Source: Amphiscolops sp. MND2022 (lineage: Eukaryota). From it: a stretch of 64,000 bases of DNA. The translations under genes and the position numbers were made by a program. The stretch spans positions 43,464,001-43,528,000 of the forward strand of contig OZ076409.1 of assembly GCA_964187785.1 (NCBI GenBank), written 5' to 3'. The notes beneath the pieces are model-generated. The model searched no databases. It was not told the DNA's origin and saw nothing but the letters and a program-made list of their open reading frames with translations. Below, piece after piece: positions 1 through 12,100 of this stretch (positions are counted from its first letter, which is position 1; the number at the start of each line of letters is the position of its first letter).

Positions 1-2436
1 GTACTGTATTGCTCGAGAAACGATTTTAATTGCTTCGGATTTTCCGGGTGTTTCAAATCCAGTATGGCTTTGACTTTTTCTTTGTTTGGTTTTATTCCTT
101 CTTCGTCTATTTCATGTCCGAGCCATTTCATTTTGTTTTGAAAGAATTCGGATTTCTCCTCACTTGCTCTATAACCGGCATCTTCCAATTTCTTCAGTAC
201 ATCGAACAGTTTCTTTTCGTGATCTTTTCGGTCTCCCCGTGTTACTACTATAATATCGTCTAACCATGCGGGTGTACAATATTCCAGTGTTCGATCAATT
301 TTTTCCTGGAAAATTGTGGGTATGTCGGCTAGTCCGTAGAATCCCTTTTTAAATCGGTAGTACCCGCTGAAATTTCCCCCGGTAATTGCAAATACACATT
401 GTCTGCTTGTTCCTTCCGATAACATCATTTGACCGTAGGCATAATCGAGATCTATTTTTGACATCATTAGTTCTTTCGTTCGGTCTTTTGTTATTTCCAC
501 CGAAATTTGGTTCAGCAGTTCCTCCATGTTCGGCATCTGAGGTCGGACTTTTATGCAACTGTCATTCAGTTTTCGTGAATCGAGTGCTATTTTTACCGAT
601 TTATCGTTTTTCACAGTTATCACTACCGGTGACACAAAACAGTCTTCTTCTACTTGTTTTACTCTTTCCAAGTGTCCGGATTTCGTTATTTTTTCAATTT
701 CTTTTCCAACTGCTTCTTGTAGATGAAGAGGGATCGGTCTTGCTTCTTGTTTTACCGGATAATGTCCCGGTTTCAATTGTATATTTATTTCAGCATCTTT
801 TATGGTTGTGCTATTCTTGAACAAGTCCGGAAATTTCTCTACGATCTGTCTCTTTTCTGATTGGTTGTTATCGTCCAATCGGATGTTGCCGATTGTTAAT
901 TTGAATTTCTTTAACCAGTCCATTCCAAGTAGTGGTGTTATGTCATTTCGTTCGGTAATTAATAGTTGCATCTTTTGTTTTTTGTTCTCATATTCGATGT
1001 CTACCGGTATCTTTCCCCGGAATTTTACTTCGTTCTTGTTTACATCTTGGTACCGGTGTCTCACTTTTTGAATTTCGGTATCTTTCACTATTGTTTTATC
1101 CGCCGGCATCATCGATATTGGTGATCCGGTGTCTATTATAAATTCTTTGTCCGTTCCGCTGATTTTCACTGTCGTTGTTAAATTTTTGTTTTTGTCCACG
1201 ATTCTGTTTATTCTTTCAATTCTGTAGATACTCGATTCTGATTCGTCGCTTTCTTCATCAATTGTTGAGGCTTCGTTCTCGGTTACATTCCGTATTTTGC
1301 GTTTGTGATAATCTTTTTGTCTGCATGCCCGGGCGAAGTGGCCCTTCTTTCCGCAATTATTGCATGTCTGATCTAATGCTGGGATCTTGTGTTATTGGTT
1401 CCAGTTCGGTGCATTGCAGAATCTGCATGGTCTGTTATTGTTGAATTTATTTCTCGGTCGTGTGTTAAATTTGTCCATTCTCTGTATCGGTTCTTCCTTA
1501 ATCTCTTTTTCGCGGTTTGATATCAGTGCTTCCGGTATTGTGTTTTTGTTGTTTTTCTTCTCGTATGTGTTTTGCTTGATCATTTCTATCGCTTTTTTCA
1601 TCTCGAGTTTTTTTCTTTCATCAATTTGTCTCGGAGTTTCTTGTCCGTAATTGCGGTCATGAATTTGGAAATGAGTAGTTCTTCGGCTGTTATGCTTTCG
1701 AAGTTGCATTCTTTTTCGATTTCTATCAGTCTTCGCCAGAAGTCTTCTGGTGTTTCGGATTCTGTTTGTTTAGTCCAGAAAAATTCTCCCCGGTTGTGAT
1801 ATGTATTTCTTTTCGGTAAGAAATACTCGTTGAATAGCCGGATTATTTCTTTGATTGCAATTTTGTCCGGTTCTGTCTTGTACTCTGCTCTTGTCATTTG
1901 GTATAGAGCTTCTGGGCCGATACCTCATATGAAATCGTCTTGTACTTGGTTTTCTTTTGTGGCCCAGTCTGCTTGCGTCATGTCTTCTCCTCGGATCAAT
2001 TCCGCAATGTCTATTTTGTATTTCCGTTTTGTGTATTGCCGGAATCGTTCACGCCATTGTTTCGGTGTGAATATCTTCTTTCCGTCTGTTGTTGCCTCGA
2101 AGTTTGGCACCTCAATTTGTGTTGCTTCTTGTGTCATTGTTTCTTTGTTTCGATAAAATCAAATTAGGAAGCTGACTGCGCCATGTTCTATTTCTGCTTT
2201 GTTGAGATATAAGAAAACAATGTCAGTACTGATTTCTATTTTCTAATGCCAAACTGTATCGTAAATTTACGTTAACAACAATGGTTCCTTACGAAACTAA
2301 TCTAGTGTACATATGTATATAAATATGTATAAACAGAAAGAGGAACAATTATAGTTTGTTGGTATATGTTCGTTTTCAGTTTGATTGGCACTTCATTGAA
2401 CCGAATAATTCGGACGCGGTATATCACCGTATAACA
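1..2436 (-). mobile_element. Ty3/Gypsy LTR retrotransposon, 5' portion (LTR, PBS, gag, protease, RT), running off the left edge; degenerate
   Basis: Minus-strand translation gives frameshifted gag pieces (2137-1392), protease EFIIDTGSPISMMP (~1105-1146), and RT motifs KIDLDYAYGQM (~425-455) and TPAWLDDIIVV (~243-275). Confidence 0.9.
2184..2436 (-). repeat. 5' LTR (253 bp) of the Gypsy element; PBS follows at 2183-2171
   Basis: Termini TGTTATA...TAGAACA on the minus strand, immediately followed by TGGCGCAGTCAGC, complementary to a tRNA-Ser-type 3' end (GCUGACUGCGCCA). Confidence 0.75.
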
Positions 2437-2989
2437 TGAAGTAACATCTGGTTGAAAAACATATGTAGGTTTTTTCAGGATCTTATGAAATTGATTCAAG
2501 TCTTGCTGTGCAATCTTCATCGATTCAACGTAGTGTTGCTCTTCTATTGGTCTATTGGGTGAAGATTTCGTGTGGAAAATGGCTGTATATTTGAACACTA
2601 ATACGATGTTTTGGAGTAATATATCTTATGCATATCATGACACACATAGACGAAACATCATTCAGAAAGATTACAAAATACGTAGTCTCGTCGTTAGGGG
2701 GAAGGTTCGCACGCACGAGTTTAAGGGTTCAAACCCAGCTCTGGCCATTTTTTAGTCAGTGCTTTAGTAGAAAGAGCAGACTAAACTAGTGACATTTTAA
2801 AATTTTTAGGACCAACGAGATGACAGACGTTATAAGTTTTATAAGCTGTTGCTTAGTAACTTGTAACTTCTACTGCCATTTGGGACAAAGGTTAATTAGG
2901 ATTTGAGGTCTGAGAAGCATAAGACTACTTGACTAAAACTTTTTCGAGCTTGTTACTTCGGCTTTGTAGGACATTGTTTCCGAGAATTT

Positions 2990-3537
2990 TTTATAGTCTT
3001 CAAAAGGTCCCCCCCTTCAATTTTTAAAATAAATTGCAACAAATTGGATTTTTAAATTGCCCAAAAGGTCGCTCTTTTACAAGTTTCGGCATTGTGAGAT
3101 TTTCCGAAATGAATATCTTTCGTCTTAAAATTTTAAGGTTTTCTCAGCGAGCTATGTCGGAAATTTTTTTCACGACCGACGTTTTTTTCATGCGGTATTT
3201 TTCTGATTTGTTTTATCGGAACACTCAATTTTTACTGGAAATGAAACGTTTTGCGAGCATAGAGGCTTTTTAGGGTTATTGCACTATGCAACTTACCGGA
3301 GACCTTCATCATAAAATTTTTTCTCGATTTTTTTTTAGATTCTCGAGGTTTTCTCTGGGGCAAATGAGTTTTATTATCTCCAGTTGAGGAAAAGTGATTT
3401 TCGAGTCTCATGCGTATCCCTTTTGGTCTTTTTCGGCACTGTAAAATTGATGAAATTTTAACAGCAGTGTCCTTTTGCATATTTAAACTTTGCTTCTATT
3501 TTTTGAACCTTGAGTGAGACGCCGACTTGGGTTTGTT
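2990..3537 (+). mobile_element. Degenerate family A Helentron-type non-autonomous element (HINE)
   Basis: Internal blocks shared with other copies (CTTACCGGAGAC, GGGTCCCCC-type motifs); 3' end GACGCCGACTTGGG..TTGTT lacks the hairpin. Left boundary approximate. Confidence 0.55.
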
Positions 3538-3699
3538 TTATTTTATTTAGTTTAACTAATTCATTACCGTTTTCTGATTTAATGTAAGAAGCGAAATGAA
3601 GTTAATACTTCCAACTTTTTGACGTCATAATGCGTGTTGTCAGAATGAAGTTAGGCAATTGAATCTATCCTTTTTCTACTTTTTAGTCCGCTCTTCAAT

Positions 3700-3987
3700 A
3701 TTTTCCGCCCACATAAATGGGGGAGGAAAATCATGATCTGCGTTGCGTTTTTTTTACAAATTCTGAAAAAACTCCACTTTATCTCCACTCCACTTAGTTA
3801 CTTGACTATTTTTAGTTACTTGACTATTTTATTAGTAACTATATAATAGTCAAGCAACTAAAGAAGCGCTCATGCCGCAGTTGGTAGTGCGGGTGCCTGC
3901 CGGGCACGAGGTCATGGGTTCGAGGCCCGAGGGTGAAGCGTTACATTTTTAGCGGAAAATATCCCGGTGCTTAGCGGGCGTCTTGTT
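3700..3987 (+). mobile_element. Family B HINE/DINE-like element, short copy with a tRNA-like internal segment
   Basis: 5' hairpin ATTTTCCGCCCACATAAATGGGGGAGGAAAAT; 3' inverted subterminal GCGGAAAAT, hairpin CCCG-GTGCTTAG-CGGG, terminal CTTGTT; same ends at 6264-7152. Confidence 0.7.
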
Positions 3988-5388
3988 GAAATTGAAACAC
4001 GACTATTATATTGATTTTTCGTTGGTTTTTCTTTCAATCCGCCAGCACTGACCAGAATGGTTCTACAAATTCTTGAAATCAGCCACTTGGCCCAGGGAAC
4101 TTATCTGTTTTGATAGCTTTTTCTGATATGAACAAATTTTTCACTACACGCTAAATCTGTTTCTTTTACGTTATATCCCAAGCGATTGGTGTTTCTGTTG
4201 GAAATAAAGCAGAAAAATGTTGGTATTTTTACATTTCTGGTGAGAATGAACGCAAAAAAACCCTTGTGAGCCAAAAGGGTCCTCCTTTGATTTTTTGGTA
4301 CTTTGAAATTGAGAATTTATTCAACAGAAAATCATTGACGCTTTGAAACTCTCTTGCTCCTTTTGAACTTTGAGCGGCGCGCCAACTTATCTCATTCCCG
4401 GCTTGTTTTATACTTATGGCTGAACAAGGTTTGATTGGTTACCCTATTTAACTTTTATGACTGAAACACATTGGATATAACAAAAAAATGTTATATTCGG
4501 ATATTGTTACGTTTTGCCAAGAAAAATGTGCGTCTATGCAAGGGGACTTTTTTGAATAACATCTTTTCAAAATGAACTGTATTAGTATTGACATTTGAAT
4601 AGGGCAAGAAACAAAACAATTGGTATAAATTCGGTTCAAATTCGAATCTAACTTGCTTCGCGCATTTCCCCAATGTGAACTATGGAAAAATTTTTGGAAA
4701 GACATTAATAACAGTTTAAAAATGTAATATACGCAATTTATCAACGTGGGACTGTCTGGCCACTAAAAAGCCACGCAAACACCTACATTTGATTTGTGTC
4801 GCATGAAGTTTAGGTCGAATAAAGTTGTTTTCAATCGTTTTTCTTCAGTTTTTCAACGCAGTCGAAGTAACAGAACATTCAAAGAAATCATGCCGATTAC
4901 ATTTATGATCTGAAGCGAAAATGTCCCCTTTCTGCCCTTTCTTTGATTTTTGAAACTACATGAGACCAAAACGTTCCTATTTGAAAGTTTCGACGCTGAG
5001 AAAGTTTTTGAACAAATTTTTCATTTGGCATAAAGATTGTTAGTTTTACAGTTTGGAAAAGGTCAGTCAATTGTTATTCATGTTCCGGTTCCCTTATTTA
5101 GTACTGTGCAACTTTCTTGATACTTTTTCATTCCACATAACTCTTCTCGCTTTGTTGTTCGATGTTCTTGGTTTACAAAAGCGTATTTTTAGTATTAATC
5201 GGTAAAAGTGACAAAATAGCCTATCAGTCTCGAGAGCGCTCGATCTGAGCTTGAATTTATACATTACCAAACTCTTTGATTTTTTAAATCGATTCATATT
5301 TTAAACACTGGTTTAACTAATGGAAAGTGAAAACTTGATTGCATATCATTCTAAGATTTCGTTCATCATTATAACGTTAAATGTATTG

Positions 5389-6160
5389 TCAAACTTTGCG
5401 GTTTTTCACAATTTTGGTACAGTAAATATCGGTTAAAATATTGAAGGTTCTGACGTACACAGTTACAAATTTCAAGCTAAGGTCTTCCGTAGTGGGACAG
5501 AGCGGATCGGAATGTTTCAAGTGAGAACTTGAATTATGAGCATTTTTTGCCCAATTATTCTTGAAATACCGCATCAGGTCTAAGTAACTGTTCCAACGAG
5601 TTTCACAATTTGTTGCTGGTCTCATCATCGAATTACGTTGAATATCAGCTGAACTAGCGTGTGAATTTCTCAAAAACTTTAGAACTGCATTTATTTTGCT
5701 TCCGACGGGCTTCATTTCCTTTGTCGATATTTTATCTTGGAACAACAAGTTTGCAATATGCGCTTGACATCCTTTGGTATGCATGTACGCCCAGTTTTTA
5801 ATTGTTTTCGCATCAACGTCATGTTTGAAGCGTTGTCGGTAACGATGCTCGTTACATGAGCCCCAAATCCTCTCAACGTACTTGATCTGGTCAGGTATGT
5901 TAGTCAAAAGATAATGTCGCCAAGGGTTCCAATGTTATTCACAAGGTAACAAGATCCATTGGTGTAAACACAGACCTCTAATACAAACTAATTGGACATC
6001 GTAGACCAGCAATATCTCCGTCTACTTCTGCACCACCGAAACCTTTATCAGGAGGATTTTTCCATTCTTGATGCATTATGCACTGTTTGCAAACCACATT
6101 TATTGCACTTTGTCCGTTTGGTACCACCGGAAACCTTTTCCCTGATATGGGACCTTACGG
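5389..6160 (-). pseudogene. Degenerate, internally deleted hAT transposase
   Basis: BED-finger-like KCNKCGLQTVHNASRME (~6060-6125), CxxH motif GCQAHIANLL and CETRWNSYLD in ORF 5389..5907. Confidence 0.75.
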
Positions 6161-6406
6161 TTTTTTTTCTCGAAGCATATCAGTTATCTTTAAATTGCAT
6201 AATCTGTTGTCTGCTACAAAATGTAAAAGATAAAGTGTTGAAAACATGTATGAGAAATATCGTTATTTTCCGCCCACATATAATGGGAAAAGAAAATCAT
6301 AATCTGTGTTGCGTTTTTTTCCCAAATTCTGCCAAAACTCTATCCAATCCACTTATTTTCCGCCCACATATAATGGGGGAGGAAAATCATGATCTGTGTT
6401 GCGTTT

Positions 6407-6663
6407 TTAGTCGGCGATTTTCGTTAAAAAACGCAGACTATAGCAGTGACAAAAACTCCCAAAGGGCCCCCTTTTACATTTTTCGGCACTATGCGACTTA
6501 CCGGAGACCAAAAAAAATTGAAAAAGTCGAAAAAAAATTCGGATTTTTTTCTCGATTTTTTCCTCATGCGGGTACTGTAAAAGAGAATACTTGACACTTT
6601 GAAGTCCTTTTGCTATTTTTGAGCCTTAGATATGGCGCCGACTTGGGCCGTTCCCGGCTTGTT
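6407..6663 (+). mobile_element. Family A HINE, short complete copy
   Basis: TTAGTCGGCG ... GCGCCGACTTGG-GCCG-TTCC-CGGC-TTGTT; inserted in a T run without TSD (empty site visible at 6311-6335). Confidence 0.8.
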
Positions 6664-6774
6664 TTTCCAAATTCTGCCAAATCTCCAATTTATTCTTGCT
6701 CCACTTAGTTACTTTTTCATTTGTAGTTACTTACTGACATGTAGTTACTTAATCCAAATTCTCCCACTATGCGA

Positions 6775-7070
6775 ACTTTTGACGTTATATCCGAAGTAAA
6801 TTGCGTTTTGCTAAGAAGTAAGCGGAGGTTCGAAATTATTGCGCTTTGTTCGAATTTTTGACGTTATATCCGAACTATGTTGGGTTTCACTAAGGAGGAG
6901 GCGGGCGTTCGAAAAAGTGCGACCCTATTTGCCACAGCACGCTATATCCGAATTTTTGACGTTAAATTTCGAAGTAAAATGTGTTTTACTAAGGAGGACT
7001 CGGAGTTTCAAAATTATTGCGCTTTATCCCAATTTTGACGTTATATCCGAAGTAATTGCGTTTTACGAAG
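6775..7070 (+). repeat. Degenerate minisatellite with core TTTTGACGTTATATCCGAA(G/C)T
   Basis: About four copies with ~80-100 bp period; the same core recurs at 19320-19460. Confidence 0.7.
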
Positions 7071-7483
7071 GAAGAGGTAAATTTTTGATTAAGCGTCTAT
7101 AGTTAGCCAATTGAAGGCGGAAAGTATCCCGGTGCATAGCGGGCGTCTTGTTTGACTATTATTTTTAACTAGAAGTATTAATTCGATGTTTTTCATACTT
7201 TGTCACCTTCAACATGAATAGCTCTTGCTTGGAAAATTAAACTACTGAAACAGGAAAAATTATCAAGCCTCAATTGTTGGAAAAAAGTGAAAAAAATTGA
7301 AAGACTCGATCTAAAAGGCCCTAGATCTGAAAATTAGGTAGTGCACATATGGTTCCGAAATGGCCAATCAAAAATTTGTTCCCATTGTCTTCTGGGCAAG
7401 TAATAAATCGAGAAGTACAAAAAGTTGAAAATACCGGTTTCCGTTGTTACCTTGTCAGAAAACAGCAAAAAACTTGAAAAATT

Positions 7484-8325
7484 AACAAGACGGGAACGTC
7501 TAAAGTCGGCGCCATATCCAAGGCTCAGAAAGCGCAAAGTTTTTAAAATTGTGGAAGGAGGGACTCTTTGGGTTTTTGAAAATCCCGTTTGTTGCAAAAT
7601 ATCAAAAAAAAATGAGGGAGCCACCCTTCGGAGACATTGAAAATTTTCCATAAAAAAAAAACGAAAAATGAGAACTTTTAACAGTCTCATAGTGCCGAAA
7701 AATGTACACAGAGGCGAAGCGGTGCTTCGCAACACATGACGAAGACATTATTTTAATATGCGTATATATATTATTTTAATCGCATGCGTATATATTCAAC
7801 AGTTCAACTTTGTTCAATAACGTCCCTATGGCACATTGGTCAACACTTATGCCGTGCAATCGGGAGGCTGCAGGTTCGAATCTCTCAAGGGTTTTGGCTT
7901 TTGTCTAAAAGGCGCTCATTATGAAGTTGACTATTGTGGAAAAAAACTTTTAGCTGGACTGCAATGCACATTAACTTCGTCATGTGCAAAAAGGGGGCCC
8001 TTTAGGCTTTTTCAACATCCATTCAGGTGCAAAACACCAAAAAATAGAAGGGGACCCTTTGAAGACTAAAAAATTTCGAAGTCTCACAAAGGCGAAAAAG
8101 GGGCGGGAAAGTCTCATAGCGCCGAAACATTGGAAGGGGGGACGCTTCTGGGTTTTGCGTTTCAAGGTAGAGGCTTTTGGATGCGATCAAAATCAAGTAC
8201 TGAGTACTTTTGGTAAAAGTGAATATTTCACAAAAAAGGTACATACGCGATGAGTGAATAGTCTGACGAAAAAAAACTAGCCACTGTAATAGTCGGGCTC
8301 TTTTCACTAGAAAAGCGCCGACTAA
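7484..8325 (-). mobile_element. Family A HINE (AGACG-GGAA-CGTCT hairpin variant) with ~280-bp internal insert carrying a tRNA-like segment
   Basis: Starts AACAAGACGGGAACGTCTAAAGTCGGCGCC and ends GCGCCGACTAA. Confidence 0.8.
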
Positions 8326-9135
8326 AAACGTTTGAAACTTCTTATTCGAACACCAATATGATCTTAGCAAGACCTCAAATAGTCGCACAATGCCGAAACT
8401 CGAAAAGGGACCCTTTGTTCTTGTTTACCTCTGCAAACACAAGAAAAACCAATTTCTTATTGATATGGGAATTATTGTGTGTAGGATTTTTCTAATTTTT
8501 CCAAAATCTTATTTTATACCTAAAGAAACAGGGAACGGCGCAAGTGGACACCCCCTCAAAGCTCGAAAAACGATAAGTACATTAATTCGCTTGGGATTTT
8601 TTTCCGAAAAAAAAACGATCTCAGCTGAAAATGTTCGAAGAGAGGACCCTTTGTGCTCAAAAAGTCTTTTCTTTCATCTGTAGTAAAAACAGAGGAATAC
8701 AGAAAAAGCTATTTCACAAAAGATCGCCAGATAAACACACTCAATTTACAATTTATACATAATTATACTCATTTACAGCAAAAATATTGCACGAAAAAAC
8801 TTTACAACACTGGTAATTAACTATTGCAAGATATTGAGCTCTTGCACTGATCTGATTTGGTAAGCCCAAACACTTCAAACATTTCAGAATATGTGAAGCT
8901 TGCATTCCATTTCACATCAATAATTTATTGCACTACAGAAACCTAATTGAAATAGTAAATCTAATCACATCAGAGAGCACTAGCACAAAGAAGCTTGTCA
9001 GAAATCTCACACCAAATCCAACAAATTTTCTCCCAAGCAACTAATTCTATTATTCCAATAAATATCACGCACTTAGGCATCTAAGTTTGTCGATAGAGGA
9101 TGGATCTCAGAGCAGCATGCTGTTACATCGAACCG

Positions 9136-12100
9136 TCAGTAACTGCTCGCAGAAGAGCTAGCTAAAGCAGGAAGCTTCTTCACGGCAGCAGCTTTCCGAA
9201 TTGGCCCCTTGCGAGGATCCAAAATTCGCTGATTGGGTGCCAGCGTGTTACCCTCAGAAACTCTGAAATATTTAATGATTAAAACATCAACTCAGTCCAA
9301 AAAGGCATTCAGAAGACCTCAACACACAATATTATGTCACCAAAACGTCTCAGCCGAAATCGCCAAAAACCGCCACAATTGCTACGGTGCTTATTAAAGG
9401 AAAAACTGAATAGGTGTACTTGTTTTTGATTACCTCATTTTGAAATTTTTAATGCTGATTCGATGCATCTCAAAAATTTCATTACGGACCATTGAATTGG
9501 TCACAGGGAACATCCGGTAATCTGTAATACCTCATTACACCCATTTGACAAAAGGTTTCCACAAAATTTTTTTTCAAGGTTATCAATAATAGTTACATGA
9601 CTGAAAAAGAGCTTCCTATGGCAGCATCTCAATTTTCTTCGCTAGATTGGACATTGCTGATAGCGTAGTAGTATTAAGAAAATGCTGGTTATACGGGATT
9701 ATTGGTCACTCACTCACAAAAATGTTCAATGGAATCAAATATGATAGAATGACACTTTTCACGTTGTTTGCGACCAAAGATTTAAGTAGGCAACAGTTGC
9801 GGAACAGATCTCGATGCTACTCCCTGAGTTCTGTTTAGAGCTTGGATCCGTTAATGGGTAAATCGATTAACCAATTTTGAAAAAGTCTACTCGGTTAATG
9901 GATACAGTTGAAAAATGGACTTCAACCCCGCAGACCCTGGTTGGTAAAATAAATGAATGAGTTTTCCACAGTTCTACACGGGAAATACAAATATTAGTTA
10001 ACAGTACTGTTTGATAACGAATTTCCAGAATTTCGAGCCATGAAATTCAATTTAGAAACCACGGTACTTTGGGTTTGATGAAAAATTGTTCGCATTGCAA
10101 TTATACTATTCTTCGGTATTTGAGATATCTTATTGGTTACTCGATTTACCCAGTTATTTCCAACTATTGATCGGTTAGATGAAAATTTCAACTGGTCCAG
10201 GTCCCACTGCACAAAACTGGCATATTCAAGGAATGGATCAAAAGAAATTTAGGAATGTGGCAGATTTCGTCTCACGTGGAATGTTGACAGATTTCGTCCC
10301 ATTTTTGACAGATTTTGTCCCGGATTATGAAAAATTATTCCATGCTATACACAAAATTAAGCGCTAATCGGTATAATTTACTCATTTCATAATGTGACCT
10401 CAAAATGAAATGTTATTTTCAGGTTATTATTTGAAGAGGTTAGCATATTTGTAGCATGGCTCGGTCGCTTCGCTTCCTTAGCCAAGTAGCAACATTGAGG
10501 AATGGCCATATGGCAAGTCGCTTCGCTCCTGCATTTAGGGCACGAGGGGTATGTGAACATAGCTGACTATGTTGTCGTAAAAATAATCAGTAAAGATCAA
10601 TAATTAACCACAACTTGACTGTCACGAATTCGGCACATTTAGTTTCTACAAATTCTAAACGCACCAGCTGATTGTATGGTAAAGAAAACTCTTGAATAAG
10701 ATTTTCAGACGATATTCCATAGCTTCGCGCCTTTTCACGGAATATTGACGTGATGTCCTCCGAAATTCAGGAAAAAATTGAATGCAGATTTCCGTTTTTC
10801 CAGTTTTCGTGTGTGGCCCTTTTATCCCACTGGTATCAACATTGGGTCCAAGCGGCCACAGCATGTTTTGAAACATGCTGAAATGCAGTCAAAAACGCGA
10901 GGCGTGCAAAGTTTTGGCGCAAAGTCCGGAGCCAGTGCGGCGCAAAAAAGTTTGCCCGCATCCCAGCAGTTTAAATATCAAAATGAAAGCCCTGATTGTC
11001 TTCTTTTGAACGCGCTAAAAATCGTTTGTCGGACTTGAATAGTTTAGGTGATATTGCGGTTTAAAGTTTAAGCACCCAATTTTTGGATGGATCCAGAATT
11101 TTCCTCGTCAACTTAAGGTTAACAACCAAAGTCATGGAAGGTCAAATGGATGTGGGACGAAATCTGTTTTAAATGTAAAAATGGGACGAAATCTGTTTGG
11201 GACGAAATCTGTACCGAAATTTAGCACGAATTTGCAGTAATTTCAGGGGAAAAAGTACAATAGTGTAAGAAAAGAACTGAACCCTTATTTGTAAGAAATA
11301 ATTTGGACTGCATGTAAAGAGCTAGCATTTTACATGGGGATTTCGTTCATTCTCTATGCCACCCATGAATTTAAGGGACTGGAAGGCCAAATTGAATGTC
11401 TAAGATAATGGGTTTAATCGCCTTAGTTAGCAGATTCTCTTGATATTAATTTTATCGGTTAAAAATCTAAAACAGAAAACATAATCCCCAATCTTTGCGA
11501 AAAATAGCTGTGTCCCACGTATTAAGATAGTAAATAAAATGAAATAGAAAACCCCTTTCCCTTCAAAAACTATATAATACCAATTATTTTGATGTGAAAT
11601 AGTTGAATGGCTTCAGTTAATGAAGAAGTACCTGCGAAATAAACAAAAGTTCCAAATTAGGTGCCAAATGTTACAAAATTGCCCAAAATGATGTCCCATA
11701 TGCTAATTCAGTAGTAAATACAATCAATGAAAAATGAAATTAGGAAGTTTCTTCATTAATTTGCAAACCTACATTTCAAGTGCACAGCAAAGCTTTAGAA
11801 TGTGTCTATTTGATTTTCAAATAACTTGGATGATAGCAGAAATCAGAGCTAGTTTTGTTTTGGTCAAATTCTTTTCTTTTACAAATAAAGGTTCAGTTTA
11901 TTTCTTACACTATTGTACATTATCTTACTGTCTGTGAGTGTTATTTGGTACAGCGATGTGAGGCCGTGCCACTGAGCGTGGGTTTGACTTGCCGTTACTA
12001 CTGCTGAATGAAGCAGCCACTACTGCGTGGGGAGTGGCTTGAGCTTTGGTCGACAACTGTCCCAGACGCTTCAAATCAGTCTGCAGGATATCAAGCTGGT

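Larger units (their letters stand above)
6264..7152 (+). mobile_element. Family B HINE with tandemly duplicated 5' end, nested family A copy and internal minisatellite
   Basis: 5' motif ATTTTCCGCCCACATA at ~6265 and ~6355; 3' GCGGAAAGTATCCCGGTGCATAGCGGGCGTCTTGTT at 7117-7152. Confidence 0.7.

Noticed and set aside
3875..3935. tRNA gene (likewise ~2690, 7830, 20270, 38090, 39890)
   Set aside because: I could not fold complete cloverleaves with paired acceptor stems; treated as tRNA-derived fragments.
5992..6594. 200-aa plus-strand ORF
   Set aside because: It runs antisense to the hAT remnant and through HINE termini, with no recognisable domain. Other short ORFs inside HINE copies were rejected likewise.
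6775..7070. Repeat array superficially like CRISPR
   Set aside because: The intervening segments resemble each other, periods vary, no cas genes are present and the context is eukaryotic. It is a minisatellite inside a transposon.
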